Of a DNA stretch of 64,000 nucleotides, positions 38,259-51,500 are shown piece after piece. Position 1 is the first letter of the stretch; every line of letters starts with the position of its first letter. A program made the position numbers and the translations under genes. Under the pieces are notes generated by a model. The model saw only the letters and a program-made list of their open reading frames with translations. It did not search any database and was not told the DNA's origin. Location of the stretch: contig OZ234493.1 of the NCBI GenBank assembly GCA_965153455.1, positions 15,366,213 through 15,430,212 of the forward strand, in the 5' to 3' direction. The DNA is from Sphagnum compactum (lineage: Eukaryota).

Positions 38259-38801
38259 ACCTAATTCCTAGGTACCTACCTACCTACCTACCTAGAAGAC
38301 ACTTACTTTTTACTAACTACATACCTATGTAATAAATACCTACCTCCCACATAACTACCTACTTACTATGTGCCTCCTACCTACTTATTAAGTACCCACA
38401 TACATACTAGCCACCTAATATTTTATTTATAGGTTATCTAAATAGGTATTTAAAATAAAAAATTATCTAAAGGTTATCTAAATATGTACTTAAATTAAAT
38501 ATTATCTAAATAAGTACCTTGTAAGAACCTATGTTACATAGTAGGTAGGTTATATAATAGATGTACTAGGGAATAGTTGCAACTAAGCTATAATTATGCA
38601 ATTAGGCTATAACTAAAATTGTATCCCATATTGTTTGTCTTCCCTTTCAAGTTTACAAACTATATAAGTAGGTTGGTTTGTTATAATAAACACATTCAAT
38701 TTTTTCAATTGCCAAAGGGAGGAGTTAATCACATAGGCTCCATCCAAAAGGCTAAACTTAAAATAAAATAGGATTTTGTTATAAAAGTTTAAAACCTAGA
38801 C

Positions 38802-38993
38802 CTAAATACTTACATACCTAGGCTAGACCTATGGCTAGGTGGCTTAGGTTTAGCCTAGGTGCCACATGGCCTATAGTAAGTGGCCAAACCCTAAACCAGG
38901 CTAAATACCTTAAGCACCTGGCTAGGCTAGGCCTATGGTTAAGTGGCCTAACCTAGGTGCCATGTGGCCCATTGTAAGTGGTCCAACCCTAAA
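38802..38993. repeat. Diverged tandem duplication of about 92 bp
   Basis: Two units ctaaatac...ctaggctag.cctatgg...cctaggtgcca..tggcc....gtaagtgg...aaccctaaa. Confidence 0.7.
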
Positions 38994-39369
38994 TTAACCT
39001 TAGATGATTATAAAGGAATATTAAGTTGCCATGTGGCGTAATTTTAGGCCACCACATGGCATGATATAATTGCTTTAATTGGATGGTTGAAGAAAAAAGA
39101 AAAGATTTTCTTAGCAAAATATTTCAACAAATCCAAATGATGCCACATGTCGCATTATTAGGCTACCACTTGTGAATAAACAATTGGTGTGCATTGTAAT
39201 TGCACGAACTCATTCCTAGATACATATATAAAATCACCATACTCATATTTCTAATTTGTCGTTTACAACTAATGTTGTTGGTGGCTCGTCGTTTGTTGTT
39301 AAGTTGATTTTTAATCACAAGTGTCGCTTACGACTAAAACCTGGTTGCAAGTGATAGTCGCAAACAATC

Positions 39370-39780
39370 CTTTTTCTACTAATGCAAGTGGATAAACATC
39401 AAGAATACAACACTTGTAGATGAGCACCAAAGACATGATGAGTAGATGAACACCAATAACATGACGAATAGATGAGCAATAGGAACATAACAAGTAATCA
39501 ACAATTAGGAACATGACAAACAAATGAACATTAAAAGCACAATGAACACCAAAAACATGACAAGTAGATGACATTAGGAATGTGATGAATACTAAGAACA
39601 CGACAAATAAACAAACACCAAGAATGTGACCAAAACACTAAGAACACAACGAGCACATGTAGCAACATGATGAGCACCTTGGAGCAACACAATGAGCACC
39701 TATAGCAACATGATGTGCATTGGGAACACAATGAACATTAGCAACAAATAGAACATCAACAAAAAAAATTAGAATGAAAA
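39370..39780. repeat. Degenerate low-complexity satellite (atgaacac/atgagcac units)
   Basis: Recurrent gaacac, gagcac and acatga motifs; the ORFs here are artefacts. Confidence 0.6.
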
Positions 39781-42700
39781 GGTGCACATTTGATAAAGAA
39801 AAAGGGTTTACATGACCCGAAAACATGTTCATAACAATGTTCTAGTTATTTCAAACATGCAAAATGACTATTGAAACTTCATCAACTTGCATCAAAATTT
39901 GAGAGTTGAAACTTTACAACTAATTAAGCTTATTTCAAAAAACAAATTGGCAATACAAACTATTGTTCTCACTTTGTGATTTTTCAAATATACATTTTGG
40001 TACCATTTTTAAAAGGTCCACACACGCCATGACTTTATTTCTTGTGATTACACTTTATTGGAATATGTGAAACAAATTGAAATGAATTTAAAGAGTATAA
40101 AATAATTCAAAAACACTTTTAAACAATGTAACTATTTTTTTCATTATTGAATATTTTTTCAATGACTTGAAACGCTTTGAAATAACAAAATCATGAAAAA
40201 ATATTTATTACACATTTACATGATAATATTTTTAAAAAATTGACATGGAAGATTTTTTTTTGTGGGGAAAATCATGGATTTCCAATCCAAGTTTGTCATG
40301 TCATCCCCATTAGCTAACTAACTATTTTAAGTATTCATTAAAATATGAAGATGTCATTCCTTTCAAATTATGATTATGTTTAATTAATTTTTACACTTTT
40401 GGTGTTTTCATAATTTAATGTTTTGAATTTTTGTTCATTTTTTCACTATTTTATAAGTCACACAATAAGAAGTGAAAATTAAGATGTGATTTAACCAATT
40501 TTATGTGGATATTAAAAAATTCCTAATTATTGGAAGGCTTTCTATTAGATTGTCACAACCAAAGTTTGGGCAAGTCAAGGAAAATAGGTCAAGGCACCCT
40601 TTGATTCAATCACTGGCACATGAATGGGTGAAAGTGGAAAGGAAATGTCGAGGATCACATCTCACATAGTTTGTCAACATCATCACCATCATTATTATTA
40701 GTATCATCATTAACATCAACACGGATGAAGTTCATCCATCGCCATTTCATCCAAAATGTAATTATGAAGGTGTTCAATGAAGTTCCTTGAGATATTTTGA
40801 TATGGAAAGCTTCTTTAATCTAAATCCCTAAACATGTATAAATACATGCAATTCCCTTCATTATCTCATGTATGTTCAAAACCAATCTAAAATATGATTT
40901 TGCACCATAGCCCTATTATTTTCTTTTCATATTCATGTTTTCATATTTTACCATAAAAAAAATTATGTTTGAACCTATCTTCCACACTTCATCTTTTTGT
41001 ATTAATTTTGTGTTTATAAGTTTAAATTAAAAAATTAAACTTGCAATTATCATAATTTGTTTTGGTTTTTATGTTCTTTGGAAATTATTTTGTCTTGGTA
41101 ATTTTCATGACCATGACAAGAAGAAGCCCCATCAATCCCAAATAATTTCCACATTGGGAGTTGGAAATCCCAATGTGTTTTTTAAATCTTTGGATCAAGG
41201 TGGGGGATCAACATTGTCCAAATCCAACCCTCTCTAAATCATTGTAAAGGTCTTGAAGAGTATTACAACAAAAAGAAAATTCATTCCCAAAAAATAAAAT
41301 TGTAGCATTAATTATGGTTTGAAACATGGTAATAGGAACCAACAACAACTTCATGAACTATTGTGACTAGTATTGACAAGATGATACAACATGGGATTGG
41401 TCAAAAAGCCATGAAATAGTGTTGAATAATCGTGTTTAAACAATGTTTTTACATTGTTCCACTATGTTGAAATTAAAAACATTAGTGACAAATCTTTAAA
41501 TGTACTCAAAGGTATTTTATATTAATTAAATTATCTTCAAACTTATCATAATGCTAAATTGATATATTGAAAAGAACATTATACAAATATATACATTTTC
41601 AATATTAACTTAGTTTATGAAACTTGTAAACATATTTTAAAAATGAATGGTTACACCCAAGTTGGCTCCTATTTGTATGTTTGCCCAAGGTTAGGAATTA
41701 AATACATAAGCCATGGTTAGGAATTAAATTTTCAAAGTGATTTTTTCACCACTCAAATAAAAATAGAAAACCTAATCACCTTTTATTGAAGAGCTTGACA
41801 CATTGTTGGAAAATTATATTCAAGGGCTACAAGTTTTTTCTTAAGACCTTTTGATTGAAAAACAAAATGAAAAAATTATGAACCCCCAAAGTTTGAGACT
41901 CATAACTTGGTAACTTCAAACCTTCCACAAATGGTGGTATTGAAAAAAATGACCATTGGGATGTAACCATAATGGGAAGTTGCAAAACATTCTATAAGGA
42001 AGAAGGTGGTGTCTCCTCCCAAGTACAAGTCATGATGAATCTTATGAGTCCCAATTAGCTTTAGGCTTGTTCATGCACCATTTTGGCTCCAAAATGATAA
42101 ATTGGCCTACAATTTGACATATCTACGAGTTTAACTTGAAGAGTTCATCTTAATCGCATCTTGGAGCTCTCACACCTTTTATCTTATTGGGAGTTACAAA
42201 TTAAACATTAGTCACAAGTGAAAGCACAATCAATTACACCACACAAATAGTCTTAAATAATTTGGGAATAGTTAATTCACATGGAAGCATGAAAGTAGTG
42301 TTAAAAACTCCTCCTATATATTATAATGCAAATGCATGCACCATCAATTGACCTCATAAGAATGAAAAACATTGCATCGTAAAACTGTGTAAAAAATATC
42401 TTTGAAAACATTAGGTATAAATGTGTTAAAATATACTTCAAATCCAGAAATAAAATAGAACATTTGTAAATTACAACATTACTACAAAATGTGAGTGCAG
42501 TTCACTAGTCCCCGTTCACTAGAGCATTGAATTCACTGCTTCTTGAACTGGTCCTCGTTCACTATAACCAATGAATTCATTCATCACTCAAAATCCAGTG
42601 AAATCATTTGGTGTATAGGGACACCTTTTGTTGTAGTGCAAGTTTTCACAAAGTTTATGGCATACTTCAAAACTCCATTTAAAAAAATAAAATTGAAGCA

Positions 42701-45700
42701 TTTTTTTAATCTATTTGCACCTACTTTCATTCATAATAACCTCTTTAATTACCAATTAAATATGTTTTATTGAATTTTTTACATATAATCAAGAACCATA
42801 ATAACTCCAATCAACCCAATTGAATTACATGTTTATGATACATTTTGTGATACTTGTACTCCAACCTAAAAAATTACATTGATTAGTATAATTGACTATG
42901 CTTTCACCCCCATTAAATTTGCATTTTATTATGAAACCAAGAATAAAAAAGGTTTTTTGCCATTGATACCATTTGACAAACCTAAAGGTGTGTAATGAAT
43001 AAAAATACATGTAATTGGGTGATCCCAAAATGTAATATAAATTAAAACATTCAAACAATTTTGGTTATGAATTATTGTTTTTTTTTCAATGTCTTGATGG
43101 AGTTAGGGTGGAGAACATCCCTAAGCAAATTTTGACTTAACTAACAACATTATTTTGTGGAATTCTTAAAACTATAGCATGTAGGCATGAATGTGGCAAC
43201 ACCCTACCCTAAAAAATATTTTAAACAATTTTAAATGACTAACCCCCTCTTTTTCCTTTGTAATGGTAGGTTCCTTTTTAGAAAAGTAGAAACCTGACAA
43301 TAACGTGTTAGAAAAAAAACATTGTAATGAACACACCAAGTATGCAAAATCTTGATCACAAGGAAAATGTCATTATATTACTCCAAAATATTTAAACACA
43401 AGGGAACCAATTCAAATTAAGAAGGTGTACAACAAAACAACTTCAAATTTTGAATCAACAACAATGAGCATTGATGCAAGTAGAAGTGGCAACAAAACTC
43501 TATGGTATGATTGATTATTGCCCTCAACCCTTTTTAAATTTAAGAATTAAAATTTATAGCAGATAAAAAGTGCATTTAAATGTGTTCATTTGTGCATATG
43601 TTTGAACAATGTGATTTGGGTTTATGTGGCATTTTAGTTTCAATTGCACATCATTGTCATGGCATAGTAGTTGATTTCATCCATCACTGTTGTGTCTTCA
43701 CCAAAGCGATGGTCTACCAAGTTCAATGTTTCTAATCTATCTCCTCCAAATCATGAGATTGAACAAGATTTATAAGTAATAATGAGCACATGGTATCCAA
43801 AATTGAAGAGCAAAAATATTTCAATGAATTATTTAAGAGTCATGATATTGGCTTCAAGAAATGTTACAAGTTTAACAACAAATGTTTTGTATACAATCTC
43901 ATTTTTGAAGAGTTTAGTCACACATTGCACCATGTTAGTTTTTTTCTAATTTTAATGATGGTGATAAAAAAGACAATTTAACATTGATTGTCCTCAAACC
44001 ATGAGATCTATCATTTGTCATAACACGTCAAAAAACAACAATAAACATTAACTATGAATACTCAATCTACTTGAAACTTTTGATTTCATACAACAAGGCC
44101 AACCATATATGGGTAAAAGCACTCTAGGGGGGTGGACCAAAAAGGACACATGCGGAATAATACATTTTTGCAATGTATTTTGACTATGACCAAAATGTGA
44201 CACCATCTTATAATCATTTTATTCTAAAAGTAATTACATGGGCACTTCTTAAACATCCTAAAATTTAAGGTTTGTGAGAAAAAATATATAAATTCCACAA
44301 AAATCATGTCCAAAAAGATTTCATAAAACTATTCATAAAATTCTTCCATAAAGTCCTTATACTTCCATGTCATCTTGAAAATAGTTTGCCCTTTTACATG
44401 ATTTTATGAACACTCTAGTTTGCAACTACCCATATGGCCCTTGAAGAAACATGTAGAAAGTGAAAACTCATGATTAAATCAAAGATGCAAAATAGATGTG
44501 AACATTATGCTAAAATATCCTTTAGATTGACCGCTTGCAAAGAAGTAATTCAATTTAACATTAGGTGCAAATGTTTTTGAAGTATTTTTTGTTGTGCCTA
44601 ACCCTTTCAAGAAATATTCACCTAAAAATATGAAACAACAATTTTAGATATTATACAACCATGGAAAAACCATTGGAACTATTATCTCGAATGCAATTGT
44701 CTTGAACCTTCTTTATGGAACCTAGTTCTTATTTTTCAAGTTGAACGCAATGGATTTGTTCAAGAATAGTTGGTTTGTCACAACTAATTTTCATAATGTT
44801 TTATGTCAATAAGGGTATCACATTCAATTGTTCATATGTTTTCATCTTGCATGTGAGTACATTTACAATCAAAGCATGACAACATGAACCAAAAACAAGA
44901 TAGGAATAGTAAATCCTATCCTTTTTCATTACCCCATGGTAGCCCATGTAAACACAACTTTTTAGTGAACAATGAAGATGTGTAGTTAATCCTTTGGCCA
45001 ATATGTGCTACAATGGGTGGTTCAAAAATATTTGAAGAGTTTTGACAAGCATAAACCCTTATTATGAAAAAATTTAGGCTCAAAGACTCCATGACATTTC
45101 CAATAAGTACTATTACCTTCTAGGTGCCAAAAGACTATCCAAAACATAGGTAATGATTAATGTTTTGCATGCACATGTGCTTGATTTCCTATCAAAACTT
45201 TGGAACCTAATTTTTTTAATAAAAAATTTATTATAATTTAAACTTTTCAACGTACTAGCATCACTTTTGTGAAAATTAATGTTTTATATTATTTAAATTT
45301 TATGTCATCACATAGAAGGGTGTAAACATAATATTAAGGAGCCATTTTGGACTAAAGAGTAAATCTTTAATGGATCAAATACTTAATCCTTAATGAATAA
45401 ATAAAATTAGCATAATATTTTATAAAATATGTTTAAATTCATGATTTCCAAATCAACTTTAATTTTTTTAAAAATCTTATTACTTAAAAATAGGTTGCAT
45501 TACACATCATGTACATATATACATTAAAACATTCCCACAAAATTATAATTTAAAAGCCCTTTAAACAGTGGAAAACACTAGTTACATTATTTCAATAATG
45601 CATTTAGGTACTCCATATTTATTAAATTCATTTCAATTATTTCCAAATGGTTTTATAGTACATCAACAATATTGTTGGACAAGTTATCCAAAAATTTCAA

Positions 45701-47779
45701 CATCAACTTAAAAAATCATTTAGAGCGATGAAAAATAAATAATGATTACATCAATGTACCAAGGTGGCTCCTTTCCCCTATTTGGACCCATAACATGTAT
45801 GTTTTTATATTTGTGATTAAAATATGAAAAGATTTCAAGAAATATTGTTATTCAAATCAATTTTTTACACCAATCCACATTTGACTAATGTTTTCATAAT
45901 TCACATGTTGGGTATTTTGGTATGTTTCATGAAAGTCAAGTAGTGCAAATATATGTTTGATTGCATTGTGCCTTTGTGCAATAATTTGATTACATTTTGT
46001 TTTGTTCCAATATGTTTTAATTGTGTCTTAGTGCAATATGTTTTTGTGTAGGTATTTTACATTAATACATGTATTGGTGATGGCGTTGTGGTTGTTTTGC
46101 AATTCCTAACATTGTTGCAAGCTTCATCAGCAACCTATTTCAAGCAAATTCCACCCCCTAACACCTTACACACTCTTTTGTTTTTCATTTTTCATTATGA
46201 TTTTGCATAACAATATACATTTATTATTTTGAAAACCACAATGATAGTGGGAAGTGTAATATTCCATTCTGTTATAAACGTTAACTCTTTGTGAGAGAAT
46301 GAATGCAATTGTGTTACAAAGTGCAAAGTGTGCAAATGTGTGTATATATTGCAACTGTGCAAATATGTAAATGTGTGAATATATTTGTAAAATACATTTA
46401 CACTTACTCAATTGATATATATCTTAAACCATATATACATATATACTAGATGTTCACACATTACGGAAGGGCAAGTGCAAAGGGGGTTCTGTTGAGGGCA
46501 TTGGTAACAAAAGCAATAGGCCTAAGTCCTAATCCAACAAGAAATATAACCCCAATGTGACTTGCATTTCCTCAACATGAAAAATTGGCAAATGTTTAAT
46601 CTGCCATGATGGAGGCACCTTACAGGTAAGTAAAGTGTTTCAAAGGGTAGTAATAAAATTATGGTTTGGTATATAAAGTAAGTCCACCACACCCAACATT
46701 GAATGTCAATTGTTTTCTAGCCCCACTCAAATTAAACATGCAAAATTGGACCATAGAAGGTGAGAGATTATTTAAATGCCACCACATGGGCCAATCATTA
46801 TGGCCAACCAATCAAAAGTTGGTAGGCGCAAATTCTATCCAAATTGTTTTCTGCCTACTAACAAAACAATATAATCATACTCTAAGAAAATATTTTAAAA
46901 GTTCACAATTTATGGTTTTATTCATTCTAATTTCTTTGTAAACTATTTTCGCACAATTATTTCATTGCAGTTACTGTTCATTTTTTCCAAAACAATTATT
47001 ATCATCAATAATAAAAATCTATGGTTAGGTCTCACAATTTAGTTAGAAAAGCACAACAACTCATAGTATTCTTATTGTTTTCTCATCAACATCTTATTGC
47101 TTTCTTTACTCATAATAGAATATATCAAACTTCTATAGTATGACATGTAGAAATTCAAAATGGAAAACATGAAAATCTATGGTTTGAAACCCCAAAAAAT
47201 TTGTAAACTACTCACTATCTCTATTTTAATCTCTAGCAACTATCTCAATTTCTATGTGTGTAAAAAAAAATCTCCTTCAAAATTCATCAACTTCTAGAAT
47301 TACTTCCTAGGTTTTTTCTTTCAAAATAATTTGAATCTTCAATTAATGAAATGTTTTCATCCTACCAACTCATTAGCCATCTGCATTTCGCCTTAATCAA
47401 TTTCTACCCTTCTCCTAATTCTATTCTACCTTGTTTAGTCATTGCCATGCACTAGGTAACAGAGGTATTAATCAATTGTATATGGCCTTGTGAGCATCAA
47501 TGTATGCTTTGTAGAAATACAAGTCAAAACCCATTTTTTCATTTCATTTGAAGGCTATAACTTCATCCAAGGTACATTGTACGTGCCATTTTAGTGGTGC
47601 TAGTAGACTTGTTCTAAGGACATCTTTCGTTTAGGCTGTTGGTACGTATCACAACAATTTTCCATTATGTTTTTCCAACTCATCGTGCTCCCAATCAAAT
47701 CATCTGGTACCTCTACGGGTCAAATACGTGAGTCAAGCCATTGACCAAATACAAGAGCTATGAGTCAAACTACGATTCA

Positions 47780-48080
47780 TCGTAAAGTGACGTCTGGTTT
47801 TTCTTTATGAAAACTTCTGTTCCCAGAGTTCCTAACATGATGAACTACATATTTTCCATGCACTTGCACTCTTCAATGGAAAGTGATTGTCCCTACAACA
47901 AGAGACAAAGCTTTGTGTGGGGGAGGGGGAGGGGGGGTGGCTTTCCAATAGGCTGTTGGGTTCACAACACATTAGGCACTATTAAATTTGGCCACTTCAG
48001 AGTGCCAATTAATAGGGCCCGTAGGTCATTGTTTTGATTGGCCGACTATAATGAACGGCCCAGGTGGTGACATCTAAATA
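47780..48080 (+). promoter_or_regulatory. Promoter-like region upstream of the candidate MIRNA
   Basis: CpG retained; TGACGT, three CCAAT/ATTGG boxes, GGGCCC/GGCCCA motifs and ctataat, followed by an (AG)n leader-like tract. Confidence 0.4.
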
Positions 48081-48394
48081 GCCTCTCACTTTATGCTCAA
48101 AGTATTACTAATTGAAAAAGAAAAATCAAGTCAGGCTTTTATGTATGTACGTACTATAGGAATCACACCTTTCTTATAAGAGGTGAGAATAGAAAGCCAA
48201 GGAAAGAGAGAGAGAGAGAGAAAGAGAGAGACATGATAAAAGGATTGATGGATTTTGTTCTCTTAAAAAGTATATCCAATAGAACAGTGTGTAAGTAGTA
48301 CTAATGAAACAACAACACCCAAGTACGGGGGAACCTGAAACTCATTGTGGGATCTATCACACTTTAACTTAGTGTGATAGATAGTATTCGACAT

Positions 48395-48548
48395 GAACAA
48401 GTTGCATAGAGAAGAAGGGCACCACCAACTTTAATACAGACTTTGTAGCCTATCCGAACAACATTCATGTATGTGGAAGAAGTCTAATTAAGTATAGTGC
48501 TTGTACTTTTGATGATTGTGTTCTTCTTCATCTCTGCAAAGGCAGTTA
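48395..48548 (+). ncRNA. Candidate miRNA precursor hairpin
   Basis: TTGCATAGAGAAGAAGGGCAC (48402-48422) pairs with GTGTTCTTCTTCATCTCTGCAA (48518-48539) with one mismatch, one bulge and two G:U pairs. Confidence 0.5.
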
Positions 48549-51500
48549 GTTTTTTGAGCCTCTACGGATGATGATGCTTGGTTGGTTGTTTTGTCAACCT
48601 TGCAGCATGCAAAAGAGAAAAGCGCTTTATATGAAGGAAAAAAATAAATTATTCATGCAGAAAAGCACTAATAAACATTTCACCACATTAACACAATGGG
48701 GCTCAAAGTGGGTTTTTTTCGCTTTTCCGATGATGGGCTTCTTTCATTGGTCATTTACACCAACGAAAGAAGCAATCAAACCTTTGAGCACTCCCAAAAC
48801 AGATACCTCCTATATTGTTTGTTGTACGACTCTCCTTTTGGGCTTAGTTATGTGGGTTCAAGAGGAGAATTTTTTGGGCAAAGGATATGGGATAAAGTGT
48901 GATGCTATTGAGAACACATTGGGAACCTATTGAGAACTTGAGGAACAAACAACGATCATAATTAATAAATCATTAGAAATTTGATGGGACCATGAAGGAA
49001 CCATGATGAGTGATGACACTAGAGAGAGAACTAGGTGCATTCCTTAAACTACTTCTCCCATTTGCTTCAAATTTATGTGAAAGCTTTCAGAAGATTATCT
49101 GAGAGCTATCTCCATTCTCCACCCACATCCCCCCTTTGGGCCTCTACCAATGTTGGGTTGATATTTAAATTTTGGGCAAGGATATTGTTGTGTTTAGATT
49201 CATTATAGAGTATAGTAGCTTAAGGGAATTTGGCCCCCCTAGGTAATAAATAATATTAGGTCTATTTTTATATGACCATTTTTGAAAGATGACATTTTGG
49301 CTTGTGTTGAAACTTGAGATTAGTTACAGAGTTATAATATGTTGAAGGATTTTGGTTTCTATTAGAGAATTTTTGGTAGATTAAATTTTTGCTATGGTGA
49401 AATATTTGATTTTCCATAATTCTTCTTTTGCCTTAAGATACTTTTTTTTAATGTAAATGGCAAGGCCACACAATGTGACACACCCCTTGTTAATAGGGTT
49501 TAGGGTTTAAATGCTGTTATTTTTTCTTTTATTCTATTTCAGTGGGAAAATTGTAATTATATTTTAGAATTTATTCTTTGATTTTTATTTTTTAGAACTG
49601 GGGTTATGAATCTTAAGAGAGACTGCTTGAAGACATAGACTTTGGATAAATCCGGAGAACATGAAATAATAAGTTTTGGGCGATACAAAGTGAGAGACCA
49701 TTTAAAATGCCACACCACATGATCAATTGTTGGGCTCATGAATCAAAAGCAATCATCTTCTTTTAATGGCTTTTTTGTTTGAACAACACTTATATCATCC
49801 ATGTGTTATTTACAAGTTGAAACTCAGTTTCAAACTATGGAAAGGGTGTGTGTATTTCATACAATTTTTAGTGACGAGTAATCCAAACTGGCATATGATG
49901 GATTTTTTGGAATCCTTTGTACGGTTGTCCCATGGACCATTTCAAAAATAATTACCTCATTTTCAAGCTTAATTATGCCATTAGAAGATAAGCTACTTCT
50001 TTGTGAAAGCAATAAAGTTTCAAATGGCAAAAGAAGCATAGGCTGCATGCACTACATGTAACCTAGCTCCACATGTGAAGTCGGGTGCCACTCATGAGCA
50101 ACCAAGCCGGGCATTCCAAAGAAATAAAAATCACTTTGCCCATGCATCCATCCTATTGCGAAGTTTTAGGCCACAAAATTGTAACTCTATTTACAACCGA
50201 TTTTTGGGTCTTGCTAAATGTATTGCTTTGTTGTTCTTCGGACAATGTCAAAGTGGACCCTAACCATCACCAATCAATTAAGCGCACCACTATTTGTTGA
50301 GAGTTTAAGCCCATCTTACTATCGAGTGAGAGCTGAGTTTACTCACCTTAAAAACACCCATGGGACCTCATTCTCTCTATCCCTATGTTGTCCCCTCCTT
50401 GGCTCTTGTGCTCTTATGCACGGTTCCGTAGCTTTGCTGTGTTATTTTCACATGGCATTGGCCTTGGGGGAAGTCACGGGAAGGTCAAGATCTCTTGAGG
50501 GGATCTGGTCAAGATTTTGAAAACCATGTTTCATTACTTAAACATCATATTTTACTCCTTAAAACTTATGACTATGTGTACATGATTTGGTAGTTTTTCA
50601 TCCATTTGATGTCACTTTTTTAATCCATTTCACAAATTCATGTTCAACATTATAATATATTTCACAATTTGGAAGTGGAATACTATATAAAACCCCCCTT
50701 TTATATGTGGGGTAGTTTTTTTAAAGTTTTTTTTTATAGATTTTTTAACTTTTAAGTTTGCAAAAGTGGCAATTTTTTGTTGAAAGAGTCACAATTTACA
50801 ATGAAAAAACCCACGTTGGGGACAAGCAATTTTCATTGCCCATGCCATCCAAGTTAAACCTACCAGCTATTGTCGATGGTTTGTTGAACACATGAATATA
50901 TTCTTTTTTCTTTTTGACATACATTGTGTATGCAACAAAGGCACGAATATATGGGTTTTTGGGACAATGTTGTGGCATATGTTGGCATCTATATCATTGA
51001 CATTATCTATTGTTGCCACCCTAAACCTAGGCGACAATGTATGAAATGTATTATTACCATACAATACATTGTCTACCTATGGCAACATATCTGAAGGTAT
51101 TTAAAATATTGAAATCCTTGCAAAGAAATTAACACTACCTTAACACCCAAAACTGCAATGTAGTTATTCATCATTAATATGGTATGTAATAAGAGTGATG
51201 GAATTTTTTTCTCTATAACATTAATTCGGGTGTTAATAGAACATTTCCTTTGAAATCAGCCCTTCTCGTAAACTAGGATGTGGCAAATCACAATTGGTGG
51301 ACATCCTTCGATGAAATTACAAGTGGGTGCTAAGATCTTCGTGAGAGGAAGAATTTGTGCCTGTCCTTAGAAAATGGAATTGGAGTTGGCTATTGTGCAA
51401 TTGGAAGTGTCTCATGTTCAAGGTGAGGTGATCTAGGGCGTTGTGCTTAAGCATCGAACTTTTTGGAATATGGACATGTAGAATTTTTACCTCCCCTTGA

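Noticed and set aside
49011-49035. miR535-like tgacactagagagagaac
   Set aside because: Several mismatches to the family as I recall it, and no well-paired star arm nearby.
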